Source: a virus (Duplodnaviria; Caudoviricetes). Taken from it: a DNA stretch of 28,836 nt. The notes below the pieces were generated by a model. The model was given only the letters and a program-made list of their open reading frames with translations, was not told the origin of the DNA and did no database searches. Position numbers and translations under genes: made by a program. Below are positions 1 to 7,436 of the stretch, piece by piece. Numbering within the stretch: position 1 is the first letter of the stretch; the number at the start of each line of letters is the position of its first letter. The DNA lies in the IMG/VR virus record IMGVR_UViG_3300033402_000049, positions 1 to 28,836 of that record. One strand, written 5' to 3'.

Positions 1-1286
1 ATGGTGACACACTTTTCATCGAGTTCTTTGAGAATGTCTCGTCGAAGAATGGCCAAGGCAGAAGAGTCTGTGAGAATCCCTCGCTTGTCGATCTGGTGAA
101 ACGCACGGGCGAGGGGCATTTCGTAGTTCGTGTAGAAGTCACGCAGGGCAGGCTGCTCATCGAATTCTTTTTCTTGCTCTTCATAACATTCCAAAGTGCA
201 GGCTGAATCTTTGCAATTATACCGCTTCAATTTTTGCAGTCCCTCACGGAGTTGCCATCCTTTGCCTTCGTCTTTCCAGTAGGGTTCCCTTGTGTATTGA
301 AATGCTTGAAAGTCTAATTTATGAGACATCTCTGGGTGTAATACGTGATGACGTACAAGAGTATCATCGCAATTAACCACACCACTGTCAAAGCCCAATG
401 CCTCGACCCAATTTGCATCGAAGGTAGTCCAGTTCTGACCCACGAGTTTCTTTTCACGCTGTATTTTATCGATGAGCCTCCAGATAACCGCTTGGTCTTT
501 CGGTTGGTAATCAAAGTAGCTAATACTAATAGCGCGGTTCCGGTGATTGGAAAAAGCAATGCAAATCGGAACACGTCGAGCAAGAAGTTCAATGTCTGCT
601 GAGATTCGTCGGTTGGTATTGAGTAGATCAAGAAGGTACTCCTTTGCTTCGCCGAAGGTAGGGTCAGCTATGAGCTCTCGCTCGGGGAGCGGTTGGTGTT
701 TGCCGTTGACGATGAAGTAGTCGTATTCCTCTCTGACTCGTCGAAAGATAAACACAGCGACATCTCGATCTGACCACTCCCTAAGGATGTATGCTGGATG
801 AAAATCGGGTATGATATAACAAGGCCAAGAAAGTCGCTCACTTGTAAGAAGAGATCCTCTCCATTTAGAGATTTTACTTTCTTTATCTCGAACGTCAACG
901 GTGGAAGGACAAGTAAGTTGTAGAGACGTCCCCCCCAGAGGTACGATAAATGGTGGGCGGAATTCGCTAATCTCTTCAAAGAATTGGCTCTCGAAATCTC
1001 CTTTAGTAATTCCTGTTTCTTCGATACGTTTGACATCGTTTTCAGGAGGCCTCACTTTGTAGGAATTTGTAAAACAACACATCGACTGTGGAATACCTGC
1101 CTCTACGAGCATCCTGTCGAGCTCGCGGCCAGACGAGCCCACGAAGGGAACACCGGCTTGGTCTTCGTCAACGCCGGGGGCCTCGCCTATTAACCAAATA
1201 GGAGCATGGGGGTCACCGCGAAAGCCTACGTACTTGCGTCCGAGCTTCGTGCAGAGGTCTTTAAGAGCTTGTGTCTTTGGACCCAC
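1..1286 (-). CDS. polA: Family-4 uracil-DNA glycosylase domain fused to family-A DNA polymerase 3'-5' exonuclease (3'-truncated by window edge)
   Basis: Hand-translated from GTG at 1286 (TAGTG overlap with the upstream stop), open to the left edge. UDG motifs IGEAPGVDEDQAGVPFVGSSGRELD and FHPAYILR are followed by ExoI SADIE, ExoII GQNWTTFD, DDTLVRHHVLHP and ExoIII YNCKD, then YEMPLARAFHQIDKRGI as in PolA. Confidence 0.9.
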   Translation of the reverse strand, partial: MGPKTQALKDLCTKLGRKYVGFRGDPHAPIWLIGEAPGVDEDQAGVPFVGSSGRELDRMLVEAGIPQSMCCFTNSYKVRPPENDVKRIEETGITKGDFESQFFEEISEFRPPFIVPLGGTSLQLTCPSTVDVRDKESKISKWRGSLLTSERLSWPCYIIPDFHPAYILREWSDRDVAVFIFRRVREEYDYFIVNGKHQPLPERELIADPTFGEAKEYLLDLLNTNRRISADIELLARRVPICIAFSNHRNRAISISYFDYQPKDQAVIWRLIDKIQREKKLVGQNWTTFDANWVEALGFDSGVVNCDDTLVRHHVLHPEMSHKLDFQAFQYTREPYWKDEGKGWQLREGLQKLKRYNCKDSACTLECYEEQEKEFDEQPALRDFYTNYEMPLARAFHQIDKRGILTDSSALAILRRDILKELDEKCVT

Positions 1287-1510
1287 TATTCCCCCAAACA
1301 GTATTTGCTATAAAGGTCACGAAGCCAAAAAAGCTGCTTTGCACTACAGCGCAATTCATTGCGGGACATCTTGTCGTTCATGTCTAAGACGAACTTACGT
1401 TCGTGGGGAAGGTAGGGTTCGGTGTTTACACTTAGCTCTTCGATAAGACGAACAGCCTCGGTGTTACGGTCATCGATAGAGGCATGACCCGTTTCATTCC
1501 ACAAAGGCAT
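1286..1510 (-). CDS. Hypothetical protein
   Basis: ATG with AGGAG SD; coupled to its neighbours; C-terminal SAKQLFWLRDL resembles small phage proteins. Confidence 0.7.
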   Translation of the reverse strand: MPLWNETGHASIDDRNTEAVRLIEELSVNTEPYLPHERKFVLDMNDKMSRNELRCSAKQLFWLRDLYSKYCLGE

Positions 1511-1513
1511 AGC

Positions 1514-1699
1514 CTACTCCTTTTCGTGTGGGCAGTCGATAGCTTCTAGAATAGAGTCAATCCAATCCTTCTCCATCGTCTTTCGTGTATTACCCCGTCT
1601 TTCAGGCGCGGTCCACCCATGCGCGTCTGTAAGGTGCCAGCCTCGGGATTCCATTGCTTTTTGGAAGCGGTCTTTGTTTAGTTCATGTTTTTGGTTCAT
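1514..1699 (-). CDS. Hypothetical protein
   Basis: ATG with GGAG SD; packed in the minus-strand operon. Confidence 0.6.
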   Translation of the reverse strand: MNQKHELNKDRFQKAMESRGWHLTDAHGWTAPERRGNTRKTMEKDWIDSILEAIDCPHEKE

Positions 1700-1774
1700 T
1701 ACTCATCTCCAAGCCACCAGTAGGGAGTTTCGGCGTCTTTCATGTTGAGTATCCAAAGAGATAAGCGAGTACAC

Positions 1775-2257
1775 TCAGATTGTATCATACAGGTTTATCC
1801 AGTAGAAAATTGCGGAACGCTTCGTTCCGAACCAGTCCTTGTGTATAGCTCCGAACTGAGCGCCGAATATTTTGTTCAGATGCACGGCTTCTGGTGAGGT
1901 TGCGTGACCTACAATTCTGACTTGACATGCTCCTCTCATCATTCCCAGCCAGTGAGCTTTCAGGATTTTGCCAAGACCCTTACCCCTGAATCTCGAGAGC
2001 AGGGCAGTGGAATAGCAATAGCAAGTGCTGTCGGCTTCGCCTGTACAATCTTCGATTTCTTCTTTCTCTCTGAGAAATCTCATACTGACGCCATAGGTTT
2101 CCCCTGCCAACTCACCGTCTACAAACATCCAGAGTGGAACTCCCGCGTTGAGTAGTTTGTCCTTTTCATCCTCGTCGAGTTGAAGATTTTCCTCGAAGAT
2201 ACCTTCGAATTCCATTGTTTCGTCGGTTGGCATGTATTCTTTGAACGTGATTATCAT
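1775..2257 (-). CDS. GNAT-family acetyltransferase
   Basis: Acetyl-CoA motif A: YSTALLSRFRGKGLGKILK, later HATSPEAVHLNKIFGA. ATGA overlap with the methyltransferase gene. Confidence 0.8.
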   Translation of the reverse strand: MIITFKEYMPTDETMEFEGIFEENLQLDEDEKDKLLNAGVPLWMFVDGELAGETYGVSMRFLREKEEIEDCTGEADSTCYCYSTALLSRFRGKGLGKILKAHWLGMMRGACQVRIVGHATSPEAVHLNKIFGAQFGAIHKDWFGTKRSAIFYWINLYDTI

Positions 2258-3552
2258 AGAGCTCCTAATCTTGCTTTGATTATACTACAAGCCGACAAGT
2301 CCTTCTCGAAGAGAACGGCCCTTCGTCCCACTCGAAGGGCCGCTTCGCCAGTCGTGCCAGAGCCGGCGCAGAAGTCTACGACTGTTCCTTGAGGGGGGCA
2401 CATGTCGAGGATGAGCTTTTCGATGAGAGCGACGGGTTTTTGGGCTTGGTAAAACTTCTGTTCTTGAGTTCCTCGTGTGATGACATTCTGAATATCGATG
2501 ACATCACGCTGCGATGGCCTCATTAGTTTGGGCTCGCCTTTGCGGGCAATTAAAATCGGCTCATAGGAACGCCCGTACCGAGTATAGGGGGTTGTGTTGA
2601 TGACGGTGTTCTTCGTCCAAATGAGAGGCGATAAATCCACGTTGAAACCTGCATGTCCCAGAGTACTAACAAGGTCAGGGTAGACGACAAACCCGAAGAA
2701 GAAAGCTGCAAACTTGTCCATTCGCAGTACGCGATACGCTTGTTGAGCCAATGCTCCGACCATTGCAAGCACATCCCCTCGGCTATCAGCAAACGGATTT
2801 GCAATGAGGGCTTTTGAGTTTGGTCCCATTCCCGAAGTTTCTTCACCATACGGTGGGTCGCAAAGCACAAAATCAACAGAGTCGTTGTCAAGGTTATGGG
2901 CGTTTTCATTAAAGTCTCCTTCGTACAAGACCCATTTACTTTCTATTTTTGGTGGATTGAGCTTTTGCTGTTGTAGTGCCCCTGCGACGGCCAATGCGAG
3001 AGATGCCTGCCTTCTGGCAGCTTCTTTGGTTTCAGCTTTTGCCAGCTCCGGAACAGCTTCGATAAGACTAGCAAGCTCAATGTCCTTTGACGTTTGAGCA
3101 TTGCTTTCGCCAAGCAAAGCTGCGAGTTTATTGATCCCGAATCCTGAACTCGTAAGTCCCAAAGAATCTGACCTGGGTGGATACCCAGAACGCGCAACGC
3201 CGTGGATTTGCTGCATAATTTCAAGAAGTCGTTTTTTTGCAATAACAGCTTCTTGCCATGATAAGTCTTTGCGCTTGACATTTTCCTCTACCTCCATCGC
3301 ACGAATCTTTAGGTCGTCGACTTCATCGTTGTAGATGAAATGCGAAGCGTGAACCAAGTTGTTGATACCAAGTTTACGAAGCGCACGCAAGCGTCGTTCG
3401 CCGGCGATGAGTCGGTAGTCGCGTGTTAGAACGATGGGTTGAATAAGACCGACGGCCTGTATCGAATTGGCAAGCTCGTCAATATCACCCATTTCTTGAC
3501 GCACGCGGCCTTCAACTACTATTTTGTCGACAGAAAGCAGTTCAGGTTCCAT
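2254..3552 (-). CDS. ParB/Srx N-terminal domain fused to beta-class N4-C/N6-A DNA methyltransferase
   Basis: ParB: GLIQPIVL..LIAGERRLRA..EENVKRKDL. MTase motif IV CDPPY precedes QKPVALIEKLI and motif I VVDFCAGSGTT. Confidence 0.9.
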   Translation of the reverse strand: MEPELLSVDKIVVEGRVRQEMGDIDELANSIQAVGLIQPIVLTRDYRLIAGERRLRALRKLGINNLVHASHFIYNDEVDDLKIRAMEVEENVKRKDLSWQEAVIAKKRLLEIMQQIHGVARSGYPPRSDSLGLTSSGFGINKLAALLGESNAQTSKDIELASLIEAVPELAKAETKEAARRQASLALAVAGALQQQKLNPPKIESKWVLYEGDFNENAHNLDNDSVDFVLCDPPYGEETSGMGPNSKALIANPFADSRGDVLAMVGALAQQAYRVLRMDKFAAFFFGFVVYPDLVSTLGHAGFNVDLSPLIWTKNTVINTTPYTRYGRSYEPILIARKGEPKLMRPSQRDVIDIQNVITRGTQEQKFYQAQKPVALIEKLILDMCPPQGTVVDFCAGSGTTGEAALRVGRRAVLFEKDLSACSIIKARLGAL

Positions 3553-3669
3553 ATTTTTAGGAAGAGGCCCCTATGTCCGTTTGGGCCTTTAGTGTCGGAG
3601 AGGAGGTGAACCCTCAAAGGATTATGCCGAACCTTTTAGACACCGACGAGTGGCGCTGCGGAGGCACCA

Positions 3670-4137
3670 CTATTTCGCGAGGTTTGCGGAGTGCTTCTCC
3701 GAGCAGCCCTGAACCTTACAAACATAATACTTCACCTTGTTTGTAATTCCTCCGCTGCCATTGTCGCCTTGGATTTGATAGAGTTGAGCTTGCTGTCCGA
3801 GCAAAGGGCCTCGGTAGGACCACTTGTCGGGTTGGTCTTCTGGACCGTCGAAATCGCCGGGGAACTCGACGTCACCTCCCGGAGTTTCGAGCAAAGGAAC
3901 GCCGAAGGCGTGGCAGAAATCCTTCCACACCCACTTGCCTTTTGTGTTGAGGTTTTCGAAGACGTTCCGGTCGTTGTACTCGGGATGGTTGATGACCTTC
4001 ATGATTGGGTTCAAATTGACCGAGTCTCTTTTCTTCGAAAGAGCCGGCTTGAACCCATCCAAACGGACTGTCACCATCCCTTCGTTCATCAAGGGGAGAC
4101 CGCGAATCTCCTCTTTACTTGCTGTTAGCTTTGGCAT
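3670..4137 (-). CDS. Putative single-stranded DNA-binding protein (DUF669-like) with C-terminal Cys/His tail
   Basis: Beta-rich 155 aa protein directly downstream of the Sak4-like ATPase, the usual SSB position. SD AAGGAGG. Confidence 0.6.
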   Translation of the reverse strand: MPKLTASKEEIRGLPLMNEGMVTVRLDGFKPALSKKRDSVNLNPIMKVINHPEYNDRNVFENLNTKGKWVWKDFCHAFGVPLLETPGGDVEFPGDFDGPEDQPDKWSYRGPLLGQQAQLYQIQGDNGSGGITNKVKYYVCKVQGCSEKHSANLAK

Positions 4138-4152
4138 CTAGATGCCTCCTTT

Positions 4153-5034
4153 TTAGATTTTCACCCCCGCGGGGAGTTGTTTCTTCGACTCAATCTGCTG
4201 AGCCTGAAGTTCTTTTGGTAGTAGAGCAAAGCGTTGCTCGTGCTTCGCAATCATGGCGAGAATATTCGGCTCCTCGATACCGTCGACCAACATCGCCGAG
4301 GCTGCGTCAAATTCGTACGTCGGCAGTGGGTATACCTTCGGTAGATAAGCCGACTTGTTGTTTTTGTCGATAGCTTGGGTTAGCTTAACACGCCAGACCT
4401 CATTCATGTACTTAATGAGTCGTTGGTATCGGACCGGAAATACACCGATACGACCTGTGAACTTTGGCTTTTCGGATGTTGAATCTGGTGTTTCTTCTGC
4501 AACTTCATGCAAAATAATAGTAGTATCAGTAGGTAGAGCAAGCAGACGAAGCACGGAATTCTCAACTGGGACCATTTCAGCGTTCCAGGCGTCCCAACCG
4601 CCGGGGAGAAAAACCTTAAATCCCGCAAATGTAATTTCACGACGAATGTCCTTTTGCCCATAGAGGGCGTAGTTTTGAAAGGCTTTTCCAAAAGTTTGGA
4701 TTGAGTCTACGACATTGGTTCGAATGATGGTTCCCTTCGGCACTTTGAAGCCAAGGTCGCTCAGGTCCAAGGATTCTTCGAGCCTGGCTAGAATGTCGAG
4801 GAATTTTTGAGCCGCTTCGGGCTGTTTCGGCCACTGGGGTTCTACATAGCTTATGACATAAACGCCGGGTTTGCCCTGCAAAGCCTCGGCACGGTTGTCG
4901 AAGTCGTGTACGAGTACGGGTCTGCGGCCAGAGGCGGCGAGCCACGATTTACCGTTCTTTTCTTTCCCTATCAAAGCGAGCTTTAGCTTGGCGACAGGGG
5001 GTTCTTCGGACATCACCCTCAACTCGATTGGCAT
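4153..5034 (-). CDS. Sak4-like / AAA_24 P-loop recombination ATPase
   Basis: Walker A GKEKNGKS, VLVHDFDN, Walker B VVDSI, IILHE; lies between nuclease and SSB. Confidence 0.8.
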   Translation of the reverse strand: MPIELRVMSEEPPVAKLKLALIGKEKNGKSWLAASGRRPVLVHDFDNRAEALQGKPGVYVISYVEPQWPKQPEAAQKFLDILARLEESLDLSDLGFKVPKGTIIRTNVVDSIQTFGKAFQNYALYGQKDIRREITFAGFKVFLPGGWDAWNAEMVPVENSVLRLLALPTDTTIILHEVAEETPDSTSEKPKFTGRIGVFPVRYQRLIKYMNEVWRVKLTQAIDKNNKSAYLPKVYPLPTYEFDAASAMLVDGIEEPNILAMIAKHEQRFALLPKELQAQQIESKKQLPAGVKI

Positions 5035-5390
5035 TTTTCCTCCTTTGAAGTAGAACCAACACGCTTCATTTTATGATACATTCCTCTTTCTCTTCTTTTC
5101 TGATGCTCTTTCTTTAGATGGTCACTGCCTGTGAGAAGCTCCATATGGTCTGGATTCACACAACAGGCAACTTCGCAGGTATGATGAATATCCATTCCTT
5201 CTGGAATAGGACCTCGAAGTAGCATCCAAGCTACTCGATGAGGTCTTTCTTTTTTTCTAACGGGACTTGATAATTGAATTTGACCGTAGCCACTTCTAGG
5301 CTCGATGTATCCTTGCCAGAGCCAACAGGTTTCGGTCTTCTTTACCTGCCTCCAAAAACGGGTTTCTAGAGGCTCTGCGTATCTACCCAT
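5019..5390 (-). CDS. HNH homing endonuclease
   Basis: RFW..V.KTETCWLWQG, GYGQ, HRVAW, DIHHTCEVACCVNPDHMELLT..DH. Confidence 0.9.
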   Translation of the reverse strand: MGRYAEPLETRFWRQVKKTETCWLWQGYIEPRSGYGQIQLSSPVRKKERPHRVAWMLLRGPIPEGMDIHHTCEVACCVNPDHMELLTGSDHLKKEHQKRRERGMYHKMKRVGSTSKEEKCQSS

Positions 5391-6390
5391 CTTCTTTCTC
5401 CTTCACGAGTTGATATGGCTGCCAAGGACGTCCTTGTATAAAATCAGCCATTAGAACTATGTCTCGGGCACTGGGAGTAGTACTATCTAATTTTTTGAAA
5501 TCGCATTGACGATTATAGAAGTTATCGCATGACGTTTCCGACCAAGACCAGTCGTTCGACCTCAAACACTGAGCTATTCTTTCGCACTTCGCTACGACGT
5601 TGCGTCGCCATTCTTCAATTTCTTCTCTATTGAAGTTAGGATATGCTCGTATGAATCGAGGGCGTCTAGTACCACTACGAGGCTTGTCCGCAGGTCTTGA
5701 ACGACTGCATATATTAACGACGCAACGGTCGACTCTAACTTGATATCCGAGCGATTTAGCAATGACCTCACAACTATGAACGTATCCCGGCATTTGTGTA
5801 GACGGCTTGAAACGTCCTGTAGTGAATCCGTCAATTCGTGAGACAGTTTTATGGTCAACTGGAGTAAGTCTGTCGTTCTCGACAACGACGAGGTCAGGCT
5901 TTCCGATCCAGTAGACAACAACTGTTCTTGTTTCTCCAAGACATACCTCCTTGTTTAACCCAAATCCTTCCTCAACAGCTACGACCTTCCAGTTTCGCTG
6001 GTCAATGAGGTACTGCGATTCGTAGTAGTCATTGAGCATGGCTACCGCGCCAGCTATGTCACCAAAGTCCTTGAACTTATCAGGGTCCGCTACGGCGCAC
6101 GCGTCGAGGTTTTGACTAGCCCAACCTTCGAGCGCGGTGCGCTGAATATCGTCCTTCGTTAGCTCTTTACCAGCACGAAGCGTATTGTAAAAGGCTTCCA
6201 TGACGTCGCTCCACCAGGAGCCGATTGCCATTGGGAAAGGCTTCGTTATGGCAAGACCCTTTGGGCGGAGGTTCTTCACATGCTTGAGGTAAAAATACCT
6301 CTCGCAGTGTGAGAAGCTCTTTAGAAGGGACGCGTCGACAAAGAACTCTGTTCGGCCGTCCGAGAGGATGTTGTAAAATGAAAAGCTCAT
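5383..6390 (-). CDS. PD-(D/E)XK exonuclease, Cas4/RecB-like
   Basis: DASLLKSFSHCER, VAVEE, GKPDLV, VDHKT, QMPGY, C-terminal SC..RQCDF. Confidence 0.85.
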   Translation of the reverse strand: MSFSFYNILSDGRTEFFVDASLLKSFSHCERYFYLKHVKNLRPKGLAITKPFPMAIGSWWSDVMEAFYNTLRAGKELTKDDIQRTALEGWASQNLDACAVADPDKFKDFGDIAGAVAMLNDYYESQYLIDQRNWKVVAVEEGFGLNKEVCLGETRTVVVYWIGKPDLVVVENDRLTPVDHKTVSRIDGFTTGRFKPSTQMPGYVHSCEVIAKSLGYQVRVDRCVVNICSRSRPADKPRSGTRRPRFIRAYPNFNREEIEEWRRNVVAKCERIAQCLRSNDWSWSETSCDNFYNRQCDFKKLDSTTPSARDIVLMADFIQGRPWQPYQLVKEKEDG

Positions 6391-7031
6391 ACTTTCTTCG
6401 CCGCCCCCAACACGGATTTCATCGCGACCGCTTGGTCGTAGGTTAGCCCCAAACTCATTAACGCCTGCACGTCCGCAGGAATAGCGACTTTCTGTCCTGA
6501 CGCATCCATACGATGCTTCTTACCACTGAGCCGTATCGACCCTTGAACGAGCTTCTCACGACGCTTCATCGCTGCGACGTACCGTGAGTGTTTGCGGTAG
6601 TCGAGTTCATACTCACGCGCAGCGATGCTTATACGTGCATAGTCGGCTGTTTTGATTGCATCTTTGAGAAGTTCCTGCAAGCCGCCGACCTGACTTTCAA
6701 GCTCAGCGTCGGTCATGTCTTTGATAACACGAAGCGCGTTGGGCCAGCCTTCTCCTATCAGGCGAATGTGACGACCTTCGTGAGTAACACCTTCGTCGTC
6801 GACTAGAGGCTCGCTTGTAGTACGGAATTCTTCGGAGTGCATAACACAGCGATGCTCGTGACAAAAGTCCTGTCCGCATCGTTGACAGAACTCAGTCGCG
6901 GGACGACCGCAGGTTGCACAACAACTACCGTTAACTTTAGTAACAGTTGTTTCAGCTTGGATTTGCTGCTCTTGTGCTACGGCGTCGAGGTCTTCTGACG
7001 AAGGTAGACCGTTTTGTTCTAAAGATGGCAT
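6387..7031 (-). CDS. Hypothetical protein with zinc finger and coiled coil
   Basis: CATC..CQRCGQDFCHEHRC..H (AN1/B-box-like). ATGA overlap with the nuclease gene. Confidence 0.7.
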   Translation of the reverse strand: MPSLEQNGLPSSEDLDAVAQEQQIQAETTVTKVNGSCCATCGRPATEFCQRCGQDFCHEHRCVMHSEEFRTTSEPLVDDEGVTHEGRHIRLIGEGWPNALRVIKDMTDAELESQVGGLQELLKDAIKTADYARISIAAREYELDYRKHSRYVAAMKRREKLVQGSIRLSGKKHRMDASGQKVAIPADVQALMSLGLTYDQAVAMKSVLGAAKKV

Positions 7032-7051
7032 TTTTTAGGCGGCTTTCTTTT

Positions 7052-7132
7052 TTACTTCTTGTCGTCTTTCCTGTTTGCTCGTGCTATTAGGAATAGCAGT
7101 AGCAATAGGAACAAAAGAGGAATTGGTGACAT
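7052..7132 (-). CDS. 26-aa single-pass membrane peptide MSPIPLLFLLLLLFLIARANRKDDKK
   Basis: Hand-translated; GGAG SD 8 nt upstream; hydrophobic core followed by a charged tail. Confidence 0.55.
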   Translation of the reverse strand: MSPIPLLFLLLLLFLIARANRKDDKK

Positions 7133-7220
7133 AATCTAGCTCCAAACAGCAGCCGTCTCTCAGGGAACTCGTCTAACAGGAACGAGCTTCTTGCATCTCT
7201 GCAAAAATCAAGAGTATGAC

Positions 7221-7294
7221 GGGTTTTAAGCAGCTTTAAGGACTAATCGTTTGGCTTTGAGCTAAATAGCTTTCAACTTTGGGCTTTGAGCTTC
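7221..7294 (-). repeat. Degenerate heptamer array (AAAGYYN) inside the ncRNA
   Basis: Minus strand: GAAGCTC AAAGCCC AAAGTTG AAAGCTA TTTAGCTC AAAGCCA AACGATT AGTCCTT AAAGCTG CTT AAAACCC. Confidence 0.7.
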
Positions 7295-7315
7295 TTCATC
7301 GTATCGTTTTTTAGG

Positions 7316-7387
7316 TGATGGATGCGGGAGTCGAACCCGCTACTCCAGATTCAAGGTCTGGCGTTCAGCCAAATGAACTAATCCTTC
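7316..7387 (-). tRNA. tRNA-Gln(UUG)-like, atypical
   Basis: GAAGGAT TA GTTC ATTTGGCT GAAC G CCAGA CCTTGAA TCTGG AGTA GCGGG TTCGACT CCCGC ATCCATC A: all four arms form. Has C33, an A3-A70 mismatch, and CCT instead of CCA at the 3' end. Confidence 0.85.
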
Positions 7388-7436
7388 AGTTGTTTTTCTG
7401 TTTGTTCTCCCTCTTCGCTATCGAAGCTAGAAACCC

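Larger units (their letters stand above)
7135..7431 (-). ncRNA. Putative ~297-nt structured RNA enclosing a tRNA-like domain
   Basis: 5' UCUAGCUUCGAUAGC pairs with 3' GCUGUUUGGAGCUAGA (15 pairs, three G-U, one bulge). Internal CCGUC/GACGG stem, UUGCA-GAGA-UGCAA hairpin and GCUCGU/ACGAGU hairpin. Starts 5 nt after the stop of 7437-7994. Confidence 0.7.

Noticed and set aside
314-1446. Tracked ORFs 314-631, 345-602, 668-1036, 984-1193 and 1234-1446
   Set aside because: They are shadows of the UDG-PolA frame (and of 1286-1510), which carries clear motifs.
5383-7300. CRISPR system (Cas4-like gene plus repeats)
   Set aside because: No repeat-spacer array and no other cas genes; the heptamers lack spacers.
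7316-7387. tRNA as prophage attachment site or host boundary
   Set aside because: Phage genes continue in one operon on both sides, no duplicate of the tRNA 3' end was seen, and there is no integrase.
7135-7431. tmRNA or Y RNA (YrlA) identity for the tRNA-containing RNA
   Set aside because: The cloverleaf is complete with an anticodon arm, there is no tag ORF ending in Ala-Ala, I see no recognisable Ro-binding helix, and no Ro60 gene is in the window.
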